A stretch of DNA of 61,754 nt, counting the filler, from Chiloscyllium plagiosum (lineage: Eukaryota), in NCBI RefSeq assembly GCF_004010195.1. It is 4 parts of one record of this genome, joined end to end, with 100 filler letters (N's around TTAATTAATTAA, not from the genome) between each part and the next. Parts side by side here need not be neighbours in the genome. Positions count along the whole stretch, not along the records: positions 1 to 28,450 come from NC_057710.1; 3 more parts are not named here. One strand, 5' to 3'. The notes under the pieces were generated by a model, which did no database searches, had not been told where the DNA came from, and saw only the letters and a list, made by a program, of their open reading frames with translations. Each line of letters opens with the position of its first letter. Within the stretch, counting starts at the first letter, position 1. Position numbers and translations under genes: made by a program. This document shows positions 14,221 to 28,058 of the stretch, piece after piece.

Positions 14221-14529
14221 ATAGAATCCCTACAGTATTGAAGTAGGTCATTTAACCCCAAGTCCACAATGACCCTGTAGAGTGTCCCACCCCATCCCTG
14301 TAACCCTATATTTCCCAGAGCTAATCCACCCAGCCTGCACACTAAGGGGCAATTTAGCATAGCCAGTCCACCTAACTTGCAAACCTTTGGACTGTTGGAG
14401 GAAACCAGAGCACCTGAAGTAAACACACTCAAACACTGGGAGAATGTGGCAACAGTTGCCTGAGCCTGGAATTGAACCTGGCTACCTGGTGCTGTGAGGC
14501 AGCAGTGCTAACCAATGAGCCACCATGCA
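14221..14529 (-). mobile_element. tRNA-derived HE1/V-SINE-like element
   Basis: The reverse strand begins gcatggtggctcattggttagcactgctgcctcacagc (A box), has a B box ggttcaattcc, the V-SINE core and the ctgtagggattcta tail. Confidence 0.85.
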
Positions 14530-15578
14530 CATAGCATTCAAAACAAAACAGATGAATTGAGGACTCAAATAAAGTATGTATTTTGGTTCCAGTTGATGCT
14601 GTTACTGCACAAGTGAGATTCTAGAATAAAACATATCTTGATAGGACTTCATTTTTTTTGGTTTAATTAATTAACATTGTGATTTGTCACTGAAACATAT
14701 CCTCACAAAACTGCAGATTTCTATAACAACAGAACAAATGATTATTGCACAAAATAAAAAACAACTAAACAAGCTAAATATAAAAACAGTTAAATTATGA
14801 AATGACAGTAAAATGAAGTTTCAAACTTTTCCCTGAATTTATCTGCCACAGAGACTCAAGTACAGAAAATCACATCCCAATCTCAACTCCTTAAGCTTCT
14901 ACTTAACTGACACCCTGCAGTTCTGAGGAAGCGTAATTCAACCCGAAATATTGACTCTGTTTTCTCTCCACACATGTGCCAGACCTGCTGAACTTTTCCA
15001 ACACTTTCTGTTTTTGCTTCTGATTTATAGCACTTGCATTTTTTTCCATTTTTACCCTGCAGTTTCTTTGTCATGGACCGTGGATATAATTTGATGAGTC
15101 CTTGACAAGATCCCTAATCAACTTAGAAGTTTTAAACCTTGTGGGATCTAATAAACTGCAGATTTCTAACTAAACTTTCCTGGTGTGGAAGGATTACAAA
15201 CAAAAGCCTTCTGCTGAGATAGGTGATAATCCCTTCTTAGGAGGGAAACTAAACTAAACAACTCTGCTGTTTCCTGAACTAAATTAAAGTAAAACACGTT
15301 CAATCTTCAAATACTCTGAACTGAAAACAAAGCTAAGGACCTTAAATAATAATCTACCTGTCATATATGCAACATCTTTCCATCAACACAAGTCTTCAGT
15401 CATTTGCTATCTGACAAAGATTGAATTTAGGTCACCCCTCCCAAAGAACACTGACTTTGTTTTAAAAAAGGAAAACCTTTCACAGAAGTAGCCAACACCC
15501 ATCTGCCTCTACTTTGAGATCTAAATTCTAAAAATTATATTAGTACTTCTAAATTATAAACCTTTTGTCTCATAACTA

Positions 15579-16025
15579 TATCGGACAGCCATTGCAGAGA
15601 CATTGCTACAGGAATTACGTTGACTGGGATCTGAATTCTGAAGAGTACAGGACACTTGGGAAGTACAGGAAGTGAGGAGAAGGTGGAAGGATAGCTCTGT
15701 TAATAATGGGTAATATTAGTACAATAAAACTGGATGATGTAATTCAGGAAATGGTTTGGGTAGAGATGAGAAATGATGCAGGCATGAAGTCACTTGTTAC
15801 ATGATAGGATGGAGCATGAAGGAAGAAATAATGGAAACTTGTCACAAAGGCACAGCAACAATCACTGGAGATTTTAGTTAATTTACAAACAGGACAAATC
15901 AGATATGTAAAGGTAACCTAGCTGAGGAGCTCATAGAATGTTTACAGAATAGTTTCTTATAACAACACGCTCTGGACCCAACCAGAGGGTAATATGCAAT
16001 GAGGTAAGATTAATGATTGATCTCA
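15579..16025 (+). mobile_element. Old CR1 endonuclease-region fragment
   Basis: gccattgcagagacattg (AITETW-like), tgggtagagatgagaaat (WVEMRN) and ggagattttag (GDF) in decayed form. Confidence 0.6.
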
Positions 16026-16760
16026 TAGAGTCATAGAGATGTACAGCATGGAAACAGACCCTTCAGTCCAACCCGTCCATGCCAACCATATATCCCAACC
16101 CAATCTAGTTCCACCTGCCAGCACCGGGCCCATATCCTTCCAAACCCTTCCTATTCATATACCCATCCAGATGCCTTTTAAATGTTACACTTGTACTAGC
16201 CTCCACCACATCCTCTGGCAGCTCATTCCACCCTCTGTGTGAAGAAAATGCCCCTTAGATCCTTTTAAATCTTTCCCCTCTCACTCTAAACCTATGACCT
16301 CTAGATCTGGACTCCCCCAACCCAGAAAAAGACCTTGTCTATTTATCCTATTCATGCCCCTTATAAACCTCTATATGGTCACCCCTCAGCAACCAGGGAA
16401 AAGAGCCCAATCCTATTCAGCCTCTCCCTGTAGCTCATCCTCCAACCCAAGCAACATCCTTGTAAATCTTTTCTGAACCCTTTCAAGTTACACAACATCC
16501 TTCCGATAGGAGAAAGATTAGAATTGCATGCAATATTCCAAAAGTGGCCTAACCAATGTTCTGTATAGCTGTAACATGGTCTCCCAACTCCTATATTCGA
16601 TGCTCTGAGCAATAAAGGCAAGCATACCAAACACCTCCTTCACTATCCTATTTACCTGCAACTTCACTTTCAAGGAACTTTGAACCTGCACTCCAAGGTG
16701 TCTTTGTTCAGCAACACTCTCAAGGACCTTACCATTAAGCGCTTAAGTCCTGCTCTGAGG
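16023..16760 (-). mobile_element. CR1/HER1 LINE 3' end
   Basis: Starts with the catagagtcatagag tail; same sequence family as 37866-38256 and 41095-41478. Confidence 0.85.
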
Positions 16761-18674
16761 GATGGACCAAATAACCTAATTCTGCTCCGAAACCTTATGG
16801 TCTATTATAACCACAGAAAGCAGGAGCAGTAGAAGGTCATTCAGCCTTTAAACCTGCTCCATCATCCAATATGATCATGACTGATCATCCAATTCAGGAC
16901 TCTGTTCCTGCTTTCTCCCCATATCCTTTGATACCTTTAGCCCTAAGAACTATATTTAACTCCTCCCTGAAATCATGGCCTCAACCACTTGCCGTGGTGG
17001 AGAATTCCATAGGCTCACCACTGCCTGGATTACTCCTCAGCTCAGTCATAGATGGCCTACCCCATGTCCTTAGACTGTGATGCCTGTTTTTGTACTCCCC
17101 TGTCAAGGAACATCCTTCCTGCATTTACCCTGCCTAGTCCTGTTAGGATTTTATAGACCTCTATGATATTTGCCTTCAAGAGAAGTTTTGAAGACTAACC
17201 CATTGGTATAGATCCCACTTTCCTCAATATTAGTGCCAGTGCCCAACTTTTTCCATACTAATCTTTGAGTCATTTATTAATCTCTTTAACCTGACTCATC
17301 CTTTACCAATTTGCACATGGAAGCATAAGTGTGGGCTGCTGCCTGTTTTGAAATGCCACTTTGTCTGTTGCTTATAAAAGACTGAAGTTTTCTGTGACCA
17401 GCAAGCAAATGACAACTGATTGTTGCTTTTCCATTTGCCTACAGACTTTCTGTAGCATTTTTCACTGGAAGTTTCAATCCACCAACAATTGAACAAATAT
17501 AGCACCTTTTTACAATCCATGTGGACCCTACAGGAATGAGACAATTGAGTACTTCCTTCACCAATCTAACTAAATATTGTTAATTAGCAAAGCACAGTCT
17601 GACCAGGAAATCTTAGGATATTTCAATTAAATATCGCAACTGGAAACAGAAAGTAAAATAAAATCAGTAACACAATTTGATTAAGAGACAAATGAAAGAG
17701 ATGAGAATTTTTTTTTAAATTTGCATTTTTAAAATCTCCAGCAATTACTAAAATTTTTTAAATGAGTCCAAATGTATTACAGTTAATTTTTAAAGTTATT
17801 TCATTGTGGTTGTTTGGCTGTAACTAAGACTGACCAAGCTGTTAAAAGAGTACTTCCACTGAATGGACAAACACCAACATTTTCTCACCTATTTACTATG
17901 TGTCTATCAGGTAAGCACAATAATGTCACACTCTTCATGAATTTCAGTAGCAAATACCTCTGCAAGATGCTGTAATTATGCAGCTTCTGCAGGAGCAGGG
18001 CATCCTGAATTGCAGTTCTATGATTTTATGCATTTTATTGTATCTGCCTCTTTTGTCTCTTTTGCACATTACATGTGACTATTAAGAACATGGAAGCAAA
18101 AAAGGATCTTAACATGCACCAAGCCTGTCCCACCATTTATTGTGATCTAGGCTAGTCTTGGCTATGAACTCCACTTTCCTGCAGGCTCCTCCTATCCCTT
18201 GTTCCTGAGAGAGACAAAAAGGATTTTTCTAACTTCATTTGAAATGTATTCAATGGTGGTGCATCCGTCACAATGAAAGATCTATCCTTTAACCCTTCCT
18301 TTTTTTCTGATCTACTTGTTTCCCTCAGCAAAGTCATATGAAAATATGCCTAACTTCATTTATATACTTTAGTGAGAATACCCAGTTTTAATTATCTGCT
18401 GCATCACTCAGTCTCTGTATTGTCCACAGTTGTCACACTGCTTATTTGATATCCAGTGCAGAATGAGTGGTATTTTCCTCTGGCTAAATATTTATTAATT
18501 TTTGTGAGCATACCCCAGCCTGCCTCCAAAAAAGACAACAAAACCATGTAACCCCATTCAAACTCCTTGGCGACTGATTTGAATTCGTTTTTAATCAAAT
18601 CTAAAATGTGCAGACACATTTGAGCCCATTTTGGTAACTCTTTTATGCTGCTGTCCTAATAAGCTTCATGCTTA

Positions 18675-19270
18675 ATAGAGTCATAGGGGTTTTTGGGTAT
18701 GGAAAGAGGCCTTTTATGCCATCATGACCATGCTGGGCATCAGCTCCTGTCTGCCCTAAACCAACTTTGCAGCATTTGCTTTGAGCCTTGTATACTGTGA
18801 CACTTTACAGCTTGATCATCCAAATATGTAGGATGGATTCCTGCTTCAACCACCCTTTCAGGCAGTGAGTTCCAAACGTTCACCTTCCTCAGGGAGAAAT
18901 CATACTACCTCCCAGACCTTCTACCCTATATCTTAAATCAATTCCCCTGGATAATGGTTTGCTAATGGGAAACATTTTCTATCTACACTCTCTATGCCCA
19001 ACATCTCAGTCAGGTCCTCCCTCAGCCTTCTCCATTCTAAGGAAAATAACATGAATCTATATCATCTCTCTTCAAACTTTAAACCCATAAAACAATATGG
19101 TGAGACTCTTATGCACCCTCTCGAGTGCAATTACACCCTTCCCACTGTGAATGTCCAGAACTGCACACAATATTCCAACTGTGGCCTAACTAATATTTTA
19201 CATAGCTCCATTATAACCTCCCTACTCTTGTATTCAAGACTTTGACTAATAAAAGCAAGTATCTCAGATG
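18675..19270 (-). mobile_element. Decayed CR1 LINE 3' fragment
   Basis: ccagaactgcacacaatattcc...gtggcctaac and other CR1 ORF2 3' signatures on the reverse strand. Confidence 0.65.
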
Positions 19271-20034
19271 TCCCAAAGTTCTCACATTTTGGATTTGTGC
19301 TGTTTCTTTAAATCCAAATAGTATCTGAGAATCACACCAAGTGAAGGGGCAATATTGCACAGTTATCTGATGGGATGCAATTTAGTCTGACACCACAAGA
19401 GCATAAATAGCTGTAATTACTTGTCTGATTTTTTAAGCATACTTCTCAGAAACACTCCTGAGCTAAAGTTCTTTGGAACTGGCACATTTTCATAAAGAAA
19501 TATAAGACTCTTGGTTTTAAAGAGTGTGTATGTGAATGATCAACCATTAGACTGTAGGTGTTTCCACAGCATTTTTGGTATCCTCCTTGCTTTTTAAACA
19601 GGCGTCTTTTGTGCTAACAAAGCCCAAGCAGTGATGGATCAGCTTGTCTATCTGTAGCTTGGTGCGGTCTGGAAGAACCAGTAAATCAGGCACAAGTGTA
19701 CTTAAGTCACAGGAAGCTTGAAGAGGCTGAGGTCATTTCAATAAAATATTACCATAAGTGAGAAGATAGTTTTTAAGCCTTTAAGTGAGAAGACAGGCTT
19801 TGGAATTATTGTAATCTGAGCTCTTCATTCCTGTACAAGTGGATGACCCCAATTCTACTGGGTGAAAGTAGACTTTTTTTTCTCTTTAGTAAATGTGAAG
19901 TTGAAGATCAGAGAAGGTCTGAGTTTACCCAAGCAAAATCTGAAGTACCTCCAGCACTAATTTCATGCAGAAAATTAAACTAGAACAGCAAAAAGAAGGC
20001 ACCTTGCTTCACAATTCTATTTTGCACAATATGA

Positions 20035-20040
20035 TTTATT
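20035..20040 (-). promoter_or_regulatory. Candidate SHISA3 polyadenylation signal
   Basis: AATAAA on the minus strand about 1.05 kb past the stop, ending an AU-rich repeat-free stretch. Confidence 0.5.
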
Positions 20041-21086
20041 AAAAATCTGAAATTAAAATTGTTTTAAGTTAACAATCATAATTCTGGAATAAACATTTCA
20101 TAAAATATTCCTATGCAATATTTTTTCACTATACATTTAGTCATTTAAAATAGCAAAAATAATGACTAAAACAATTAGTAATTTGGGTGTACTGTAAATA
20201 TGAAGGGATGAGTCAGAATTAAGAATAATTAACAGCACAGGCTTTGTCTATAAATTATTATTTTTAAAATTGAATATTTAGAGAAGGCATTCAATAGGGG
20301 CAAGATGTCAGTATGGAAGCAAATAAAAGATCTGTTTTCTCTTAAATTGCCAGTGCTCAGTATGTTTGAAATTCTATTCTTTGTTCCTAGTCAAATATTC
20401 TCAGATAGCTCTGGTACTTCAGTTATACGGAAGTTAAAGACTGTTTTCTTCATCTTATATAAACTATATTTGTGCATTTAAAATGTTTGATTTTCGGGAC
20501 TGGGATTAGACTGATAAATCACATTGCCAAACTAGTGGTGGGGACTGTTGGTTTCCGCTTGCCTGAGGACGGTACATTCCACCTGCTAGATGCCAGAATG
20601 GGGGAACATAACAGTTTCCACGGAGGAATATTCCAGGTGACTTCGGCGGTAGCAGATGGGAATCGAGACATCCGTTCGCTTCAAGAAAGTTTTCTTTTCT
20701 GTGTGCACCGTAAATAAGTCAGTTCGTTACCCCGGAATGCATGTCAAAAATATGGAAAAGTAAAATGTGAGAAGTTGGGCCAAATGATCCTCCTCAAGGT
20801 CCAGCTGGGAATAGCCATTAGCTCGGGGTTCAGATGAGGAGTTCCATCCGTATTTACCATTTATCCCGTTAATCCGGAGGTCTACTGTTAGACTGGGAAT
20901 GGTGAATTAAAATCCACCCCGCTGTTTAGCGCGGAGGCACTTTTACCACCCAGTCCTGTTCCCAGGTGACTAACTGGGAAGTGCGATCTTCCATCTGCAA
21001 AGGAGGAAACAAGTGCTCCCAAAAGGGCGGCGAGATTCATTCTTGGTGTCTCACAGCGTGATGGATTTCCGGAAAGCTCTCCCTCC

Positions 21087-21632
<546 letters not shown>

Positions 21633-21820
21633 TTAGTAACCAGCTCAGGGAGTAAGATATAGAAATTCAGGGGTAACTATCCTCATAACCAAATACTAAT
21701 TATATTTCGAGAGATTGCAAAGTGCTGGTACACGTTGACAGATCCTAAAAGAACACGATCTGCTCTTGATGAAACCATGTTGACTATCTGAAAACAAATT
21801 GTTGCTTGCTGGATGATTAT

Positions 21821-21923
21821 GGGCGGCACGGTGGCACAGTGGTTAGCACTGCTGCCTTACAGCGCTTGAGATCCGGGTTCAATTCCCGCCTCAGGCGACT
21901 GACTGTGTGGAGTTTGCACGTTC
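21821..21923 (+). mobile_element. 5' half of a young tRNA-derived SINE (HE1-like)
   Basis: gggcggcacggtggcacagtggttagcactgctgcc...ccgggttcaattccc with intact A and B boxes; truncated at the 123-bp duplication. Confidence 0.85.
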
Positions 21924-22330
21924 TTAGTAACCAGCTCAGGGAGTAAGATATAGAAATTCAGGGGTAACTATCCTCATAACCAAATACTAATTATATTTCG
22001 AGAGATTGCAAAGTGCTGGTACACGTTGACAGATCCTAAAAGAACATCCCTAACCCCCAGAGCTCAGCAAAGTGAACATCACCTCATGGAGTAAGAATGT
22101 ATTTACTCATTGCATGAGAATATATTCATGCAGGCGACAAGAATTTCGGGAGGAAGTGGTGGTTCAATGGTATTATCGCTAAACTATTAATTCAGTGACC
22201 CAGCTAATGTTCCGGGGTCCGTGGTCCAAACCCTGCTGTAGCAGATAAGGGCATTTGGATTCAATTTTTAAAAATCTAGAAGAGCCGAATGATGATCATG
22301 AAGCTATTGTTGATTGGTTCGCTAATAAAA

Positions 22331-22472
22331 GTCAGTCAAGATTAGAGTGGTGCTGGAAAAGCACAGCAGGTCAGGCAGCATTCGAGGCTACTGCCTGACC
22401 TGCTGTGCTTTTCCAGCACCACTCTAATCTTGACTCTGATCTCCAGCATCTGCAGTACCCACTTTCGTCTGA
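22331..22472. mobile_element. Fold-back Penelope-like short insertion within an older SINE
   Basis: Perfect 45-bp inverted arms at 22334-22378 and 22391-22435; TSD ctaataaaa at 22322-22330 and 22473-22481. Confidence 0.8.
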
Positions 22473-23263
22473 CTAATAAAACTGTTGTCCTTATCTGGTC
22501 TCGTCTACACATGACTCCAGATCACAACATGTGGCTGACTCCGAACTGCCCTATGGGCATTTAGAGCTGGGTAATAAATGTGATGCCTACATACCGTGGA
22601 TGAGCTGTATTTTTTTTTAGAAAAACAAGTTATCATCAATAAAAGGCTTTTTGTGAAATATGATCTGTGTTATTTTCTAAATAATATTCAAAACGAATCC
22701 AACATTCTTCTCTATTGGTTAAGAACATGAAAAGCAACTTTTTCCCAAGTTTGAGCCAAAAAAACACTGCAAATGCTGGAATCCAAAGTAGCCAGGCAGG
22801 AAGTTGGAAGAACTCAGCAAGCCCGGCACCATCAGGAGGTGGAGAAGTCAACGCTTCGGGTATTACACCTTTCCCATTTTTTCTTGAAGTTCTGGACATT
22901 ATAGTGTCATCAAGTTTGTGGATCACAAGACACAGTGAAACAACAGCACGAGCAGTTTGTCTCTAAACAGAGCACGTTACGTGCCAGTGTATGGACTGAA
23001 TGATGTGCATAGACCAGTATCAGCCAGGACACAGTACAGCGTGAACGGCTTTACCGAGCGAGCACACATTTTGTGGGTGGCCCAGCACCTAGCATGCTCC
23101 TTTGCTCACTCCAATCCAGGCAATGAACATGGAAAGCCGAAACGTATCACCGGTGAGCACAACTCTCGTCCCTCTACCAATTTAAAACAAACCATCTTCG
23201 CATCTAAATGTCGAGTTAGAAAACGGCCGTCCTCTGCTGATCTGGAAACTGATACCGCTGAGT

Positions 23264-23302
23264 GGGGGGGGGGGGGGGGGGAGAGAGAGAGAGAGAGAGA
23301 GA
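23264..23302 (+). repeat. poly-G run followed by a (GA)n microsatellite
   Basis: About 18 G followed by about 11 GA units, in the SHISA3 intron. Confidence 0.9.
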
Positions 23303-25941
23303 AATAACCTTCCAGGCAGCGACGTGTGTGTCATTTTCGCACGAAGTGAAATAGAAATTCCGTTAAAAAGGTTCCCACTGTTCACTCAAGATAGGAATTA
23401 CTCAATTCCTGTCGTACCAGCGAAATCCCCAAAGAACAAGGAAATCGGTGTTATTGTCAGATTCATTCATGTCTGTGTGACACGTACTGTTTACCTTTGC
23501 CGGACACTAGTGTTAAAATGGTTTGTTGCAGACATTGGGATAGCCTTCTTCAGCCTTTTTCTCTTACACCAATAATTATATGGATAGTTTGGTTCGCCCG
23601 TTGTTTGCAACTGTTTCACCCAAGAACCAGAAAATGCCGAGATACTGACGTTAATCGATCCTGCTATATAAATCCTTGAACTGGCTAAGTCAGAAAAAAA
23701 ATCAGAACAAACTGACGCTTTTCAAACAAGTCTGTAACTCCGACTCCAATATGCCAGGTTTAGGATGCATTATTTTCAATAGACAAGGATTTGAACACTG
23801 TGCGAAGTCAAAGTGATTGTTACAAAATGGTATTTTGCGTTATAATCCCGAAATATTCTCATAACAATTTAGAAGCAACACGAAAAAAAAAATTCAATCT
23901 CAATTTTAAACCCGTCCCAGGGTCTTCCCAGTTTGTACATTCCTCGGTCAGCAGTAATTCTAACACATTTCTTTCACACCATCTTTTTAAGGATGCGTTT
24001 GACCTGATGCTGTTTCAAATTAATTTTACAAGTGTCTGTGCCTGCAAATGATTTGAAATCGATAGCTGGCCCTGTCGCACAAATAAGGGAAAACGGCAGC
24101 ATTTATGATTCATTCTGTCTGCCCCCTGGTATTTGGCCGTGGCCCCAGCACTTGTTGGTTCACAATTTCATTCCAGAAATTATTCTGTGGAAATCCATCC
24201 AGTTCTGACAGTAATCCTAATGGAATTAAGCCAATTGCGGCGTTTTGATTTCGCTCGCTGTCCCTACTTGTTGCAGTTGCCGGACCCCCCCAGTGTACCT
24301 GCCGCCTGAGAGTGGGACATGTGAATGTTGCCGCATCCGCCACCCAGTCAGCTCCGAAGCCAAGAATTCGCCGTGAATTTTGAAAAACGTTTTCCGCCGA
24401 GAGTGGATTCCTCGGCGCTAATCCCACCCCTCAGTGTCGGATATTAGATTTCTACCTGCAGTAAACCGGGAGCGGAACTCTGCAAATTTAATAGCGAGTG
24501 GAAAAAGTTTGAGATCCATCCCAGGAGATCCATCAGCGTCACGTCCTGGGGTATTGCGGTTGTATTTGATAGCAGGAAGGAATGTAAAATGAGATTGGCT
24601 CTCTCAGGGTTATCAATACAGAAGCTGTCACAGACACTGGTTTAGGCTGGCTCAGCTTTCTGTCCCTTTATACATGGGGCTAATGCAATTTCATGCTCAT
24701 CCGATTCACTACAAATTCACATCCCAGTATAAGCACACCACTTAAAGAGACACTATCCCTTCCCGTGTACCCATCCATCTCCTGCTGTAATAGGATCTAA
24801 CATAAATTAAACTAATTTAACTTGACACCCCAATCCTTGCGCACATCACTTCACAGTCTGCAACGGATGTTTGAATCTCAATACCTGTTTGGAATCAAAT
24901 ATGTTATTAACTTTTTATAAAGTGCACATTGTAAAGAATGGGAGGCGGCAACAACTCAATTAATTATTTTAATTATTTTTTTGAAAAGTACTAAAATTAC
25001 TCCCAAATGTCCCTGGAGAGATAACCCCTCGCCCTTGCAGGTTTTTGCCCATAGAATGGTGAGTTCCGAGCTAAGTTACTGCAGCAAGTTGATTAAAAAC
25101 CATTTCATTTCTCCCCGTTTCTGGGAATCTAACTCCACAGGAGAATCCAAGAGCGAGCATCTTGCATCAAGGATTCTGAAGACTGACCACCCGCTGGCCA
25201 GATTTTGCGAGTAACCTTCCTCAAATCAACAGATTTTAAACTGAGACTTCACATTCAACACACAAATGATTGCAGTAACACAGACTGTGTTAGGGCGATG
25301 CTCCCAGCGATGGCTAGAGTCACACACGACTATAACATTCGCAAATTAACCAAGAATAATTTGATTCTTGATTCAAATTATTAGAATCGTGCCGGAAAAT
25401 TTCTGCGGGGACGATTTGCAAAAAACCAAAGCTGGGGTTAAAAAAATTGCGCATGTGGGAAAAAATACAAAATGTGACCATCCTAGGAATGTGATTTCAG
25501 GGGTTTATTAAAGAGCAATCATTAATGGGGAAAAGAAACTGTATATTTCAGAGAGAATAAATGCCAAACCTAGACTAAAGTCGCACTGTTAGGATTAGAT
25601 TTACTTTTTCCTGTTCCTGGTATTCAGAGTGAACGGATCCACTGTCCAAGAGTCAGAAATGCCGTGGCCCCCAGTCTGTCCCGGGAAACCGGCGTGTTCC
25701 CCGTCTGCAGTATAATCTCCGCTGGGAAACCGTAAAGACAAACTTTAGGGAACTCAATGTTTTCAATAGCTCTCATCACCGCGAGCTTCCCCTTACACAA
25801 GTTGGTATTTCAATCGCGTTTCGCGGCACTGCATTCCACCCGAGCACCGGTTATTCAGAAAGACCGTGCGCAGTGTCTAGCTGCAACCTCGGCTCTGGCT
25901 CTCCCGGGGGTGGGCGCAGTGGGTGGGGGGCTGACACTTAC

Positions 25942-26212
25942 GTGCTGAGTAATCGGGGTTCTGCTGCTCCCTGTCGTTGGTACAAAGCCCCTGGTCCAGC
26001 CTGGCCTCAGGGGCCGCGCAACAGTAACGCAGAGAACAAGAGCCGCAACAGGTCGTGGCCTCCACTGTATCATAATCCTCAGGACACTGGAAACCTTCGT
26101 GCCATTTGCCCGCATTGTCAATCCAGCCGTGGCAGAACTCCCCCTGAGCACCGCAGATGCCAACACTCCAGGCGAAGAGGCCGAGGACCAGGCAAGGTAA
26201 CAGAACCAGCAT
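25942..26212 (-). CDS. SHISA3: SHISA3 coding exon 1 (signal peptide + cysteine-rich Shisa domain)
   Basis: ATG at 26212-26210. MLVLLPCLVLGLFAWSVGICGAQGEFCHGWIDNAGKWHEGFQCPEDYDTVEATTCCGSCSLRYCCAAPEARLDQGLCTND has the Shisa Cys pattern. Donor gtaagt at 25941-25936, phase 1. Confidence 0.96.
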
Positions 26213-26829
26213 CCTGCCTGAGTCCGCTGGACGATCCGCTCGGCCCGGGTTCACTGCAGCGCAACTGTTTCACTCAGCACCGTCTGGTTCACACTCATCC
26301 TATTTTGGAAAGTTCTCCTCACGGCACGGGTATAGAACTTCATAATAGGGCCATCATAAGGCCAAGATGCCCCCCCCCCCCCTTTTTTTTGAAGAAGGTT
26401 TGCAAATAAAAGTTTTGTAGTCCGTTGCCGAGACAAGTTTTTCTAAGCAATGCTTTCCATTTCCTAAACAATGAGCGGGCTCTTTTAAAATTGTAGCCTG
26501 CAGGAATATCCTGAAAGTCTCATCGTTAGCAGCAAAACACCAGGAAGAGATCCCCAGCAAACCTCAGGTGCCTTGATTCAGGTCAATGCAGATCGACCCG
26601 AGGACTTAGCATTTGTCCTGTTTGCATTAGCAAATGGAAGGCAAAAAAAATGTTCAGCTGAGGTTAAAATCATTTGTGAATCTGATCTGTTCCCCCCTAG
26701 CGCCTAATGGTGTTTGGCACATAGAACTGCCCTTTACAGACAAAACCTTTCCTTGAACCATTAACCGCTGACAACCAGTTGCAAAAAAGTCCCCTCCCCC
26801 ATCCAAATATTCTTCGCAGTTCCTTCAGA

Positions 26830-27050
26830 GTAACGCTGGAGCTTCCCGGGGCTGACGGACCCAGGCTCTGGCCAGGGATTCCACACTCTCTGACACCTCC
26901 CTCTCTGGGGCTCCAGCCCCGCCCAGCCGAGAGGAGCCGTGGAGAGCGCGCTTCCGACGCCAGTGCCCGCGCCGACTCCCCGCTGAGCGCGCACCCGTTT
27001 GTGCGCTTCCTTGAGCTTGAGTGCGCGCAGTAAACGCGCGGAAGCACAGT
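26830..27050 (-). promoter_or_regulatory. GC/CpG-rich probable SHISA3 promoter or 5' region
   Basis: Dense CpG/CGCG cluster and a GC box (ccccgccc, ~26917-26924) 0.6-0.8 kb upstream of the SHISA3 ATG, in an otherwise CpG-poor window. Confidence 0.6.
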
Positions 27051-27452
27051 TGGGAGCTATTTCAATTTGTAGCAGTAATTTTAATTCAAATTTGGGACAT
27101 TTGAGTAAGATTCAGTCAAATGGTAAAACCCTGTGGAGATTTTTCCGTGTCCCTCAGAGACGATCGCTTGCGTTATTTTTTAATACATTGGGTATTGGCT
27201 GCTACCTTCCAACTCGAGCTGCCGTTGAGAAGATGGTATAATAGGGCCATCATAAGGCCCTTTTCCTTGAACCGCTGTAGTCCATGTGGTAAATGTACTC
27301 CAGAAACATAAAGAGCAATAGGACCTAAAGATGTAGTAGAATTGTAGCTGGTTTGGTCGGTTAATTCTCCTCCACATTCAATGAGATCATGTATGATCAG
27401 ATAATCCTCAACTCCATTCTTGCCGAGAACTCTTGATTCTCTTACTGATTAA

Positions 27453-27666
27453 CGTTAAAAATCACACAACATCAGGTTGTAGTCCAACAGGTTTATTTGG
27501 AAGCACTAGTTTTCGGGGCACTGCTTCTTCATCAGGCGATTGTCACTGGATGAAGGAGCAGCGCTGGGAAAGTTAGTGCTTCCAAATAAACCTGTTGGAC
27601 TACAACCTGGTGTTGTGTGATTTTTAACATTTTACACCCCAGTCCAATACCAGCACCTCCAAATCA
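27453..27666. mobile_element. Fold-back Penelope-like short insertion
   Basis: Inverted ~80-bp arms, each with a decayed hammerhead core; TSD ttactgattaa at 27442-27452 and 27667-27677. Confidence 0.8.
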
Positions 27667-27834
27667 TTACTGATTAATAATCTTCTCAGCTTTGAGTACA
27701 CTTAATGACTCAGCCCTATAGCCCTCAGCAGCAAGCAATGCCTGCACAGAATTTCCAGTGTTTTGCTGTAACTTTGTTGGAACTTACCAGTCCCAAAGAA
27801 TATGATAAGTGATGGTCTACAGCATTTAAGACCA

Positions 27835-28058
27835 CTAGAGTGTGGTGCTGGAAAAGTGCAGGTCAGGCAGCATCCAAGGAGCAGGGGAATTGACATTTCG
27901 GGCGTAAGCCCTTCATCAGGAATGAGGCTTGTGGAATGAAGTTGAGTTCATTTTCATTTTCCCACAAGCCTCATTCTTGATGAAGGGCTTATGCCCAGAA
28001 CATCGATTCTCCCACTCCTTGGAAGCTGCCTGACCTGCTGTGCTTTTCCAGCACCACA
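27835..28058. mobile_element. Fold-back Penelope-like short insertion
   Basis: gtggtgctggaaaag...cttcatcaggaatgaggcttgtgg is mirrored by ccacaagcctcattcttgatgaag...ttttccagcaccac. Confidence 0.75.

Noticed and set aside
21821..21895. tRNA gene
   Set aside because: The A and B boxes continue into SINE body sequence found elsewhere in the window; it is a SINE head.
26213..26254. N-terminal extension of SHISA3 (MNPGRADRPADSGR)
   Set aside because: It starts at GTG; the ATG at 26212 directly precedes a signal peptide.
25855..27047. Overlapping antisense and alternative-frame ORFs around SHISA3 exon 1
   Set aside because: Expected by-product of high GC content; no recognisable protein features.
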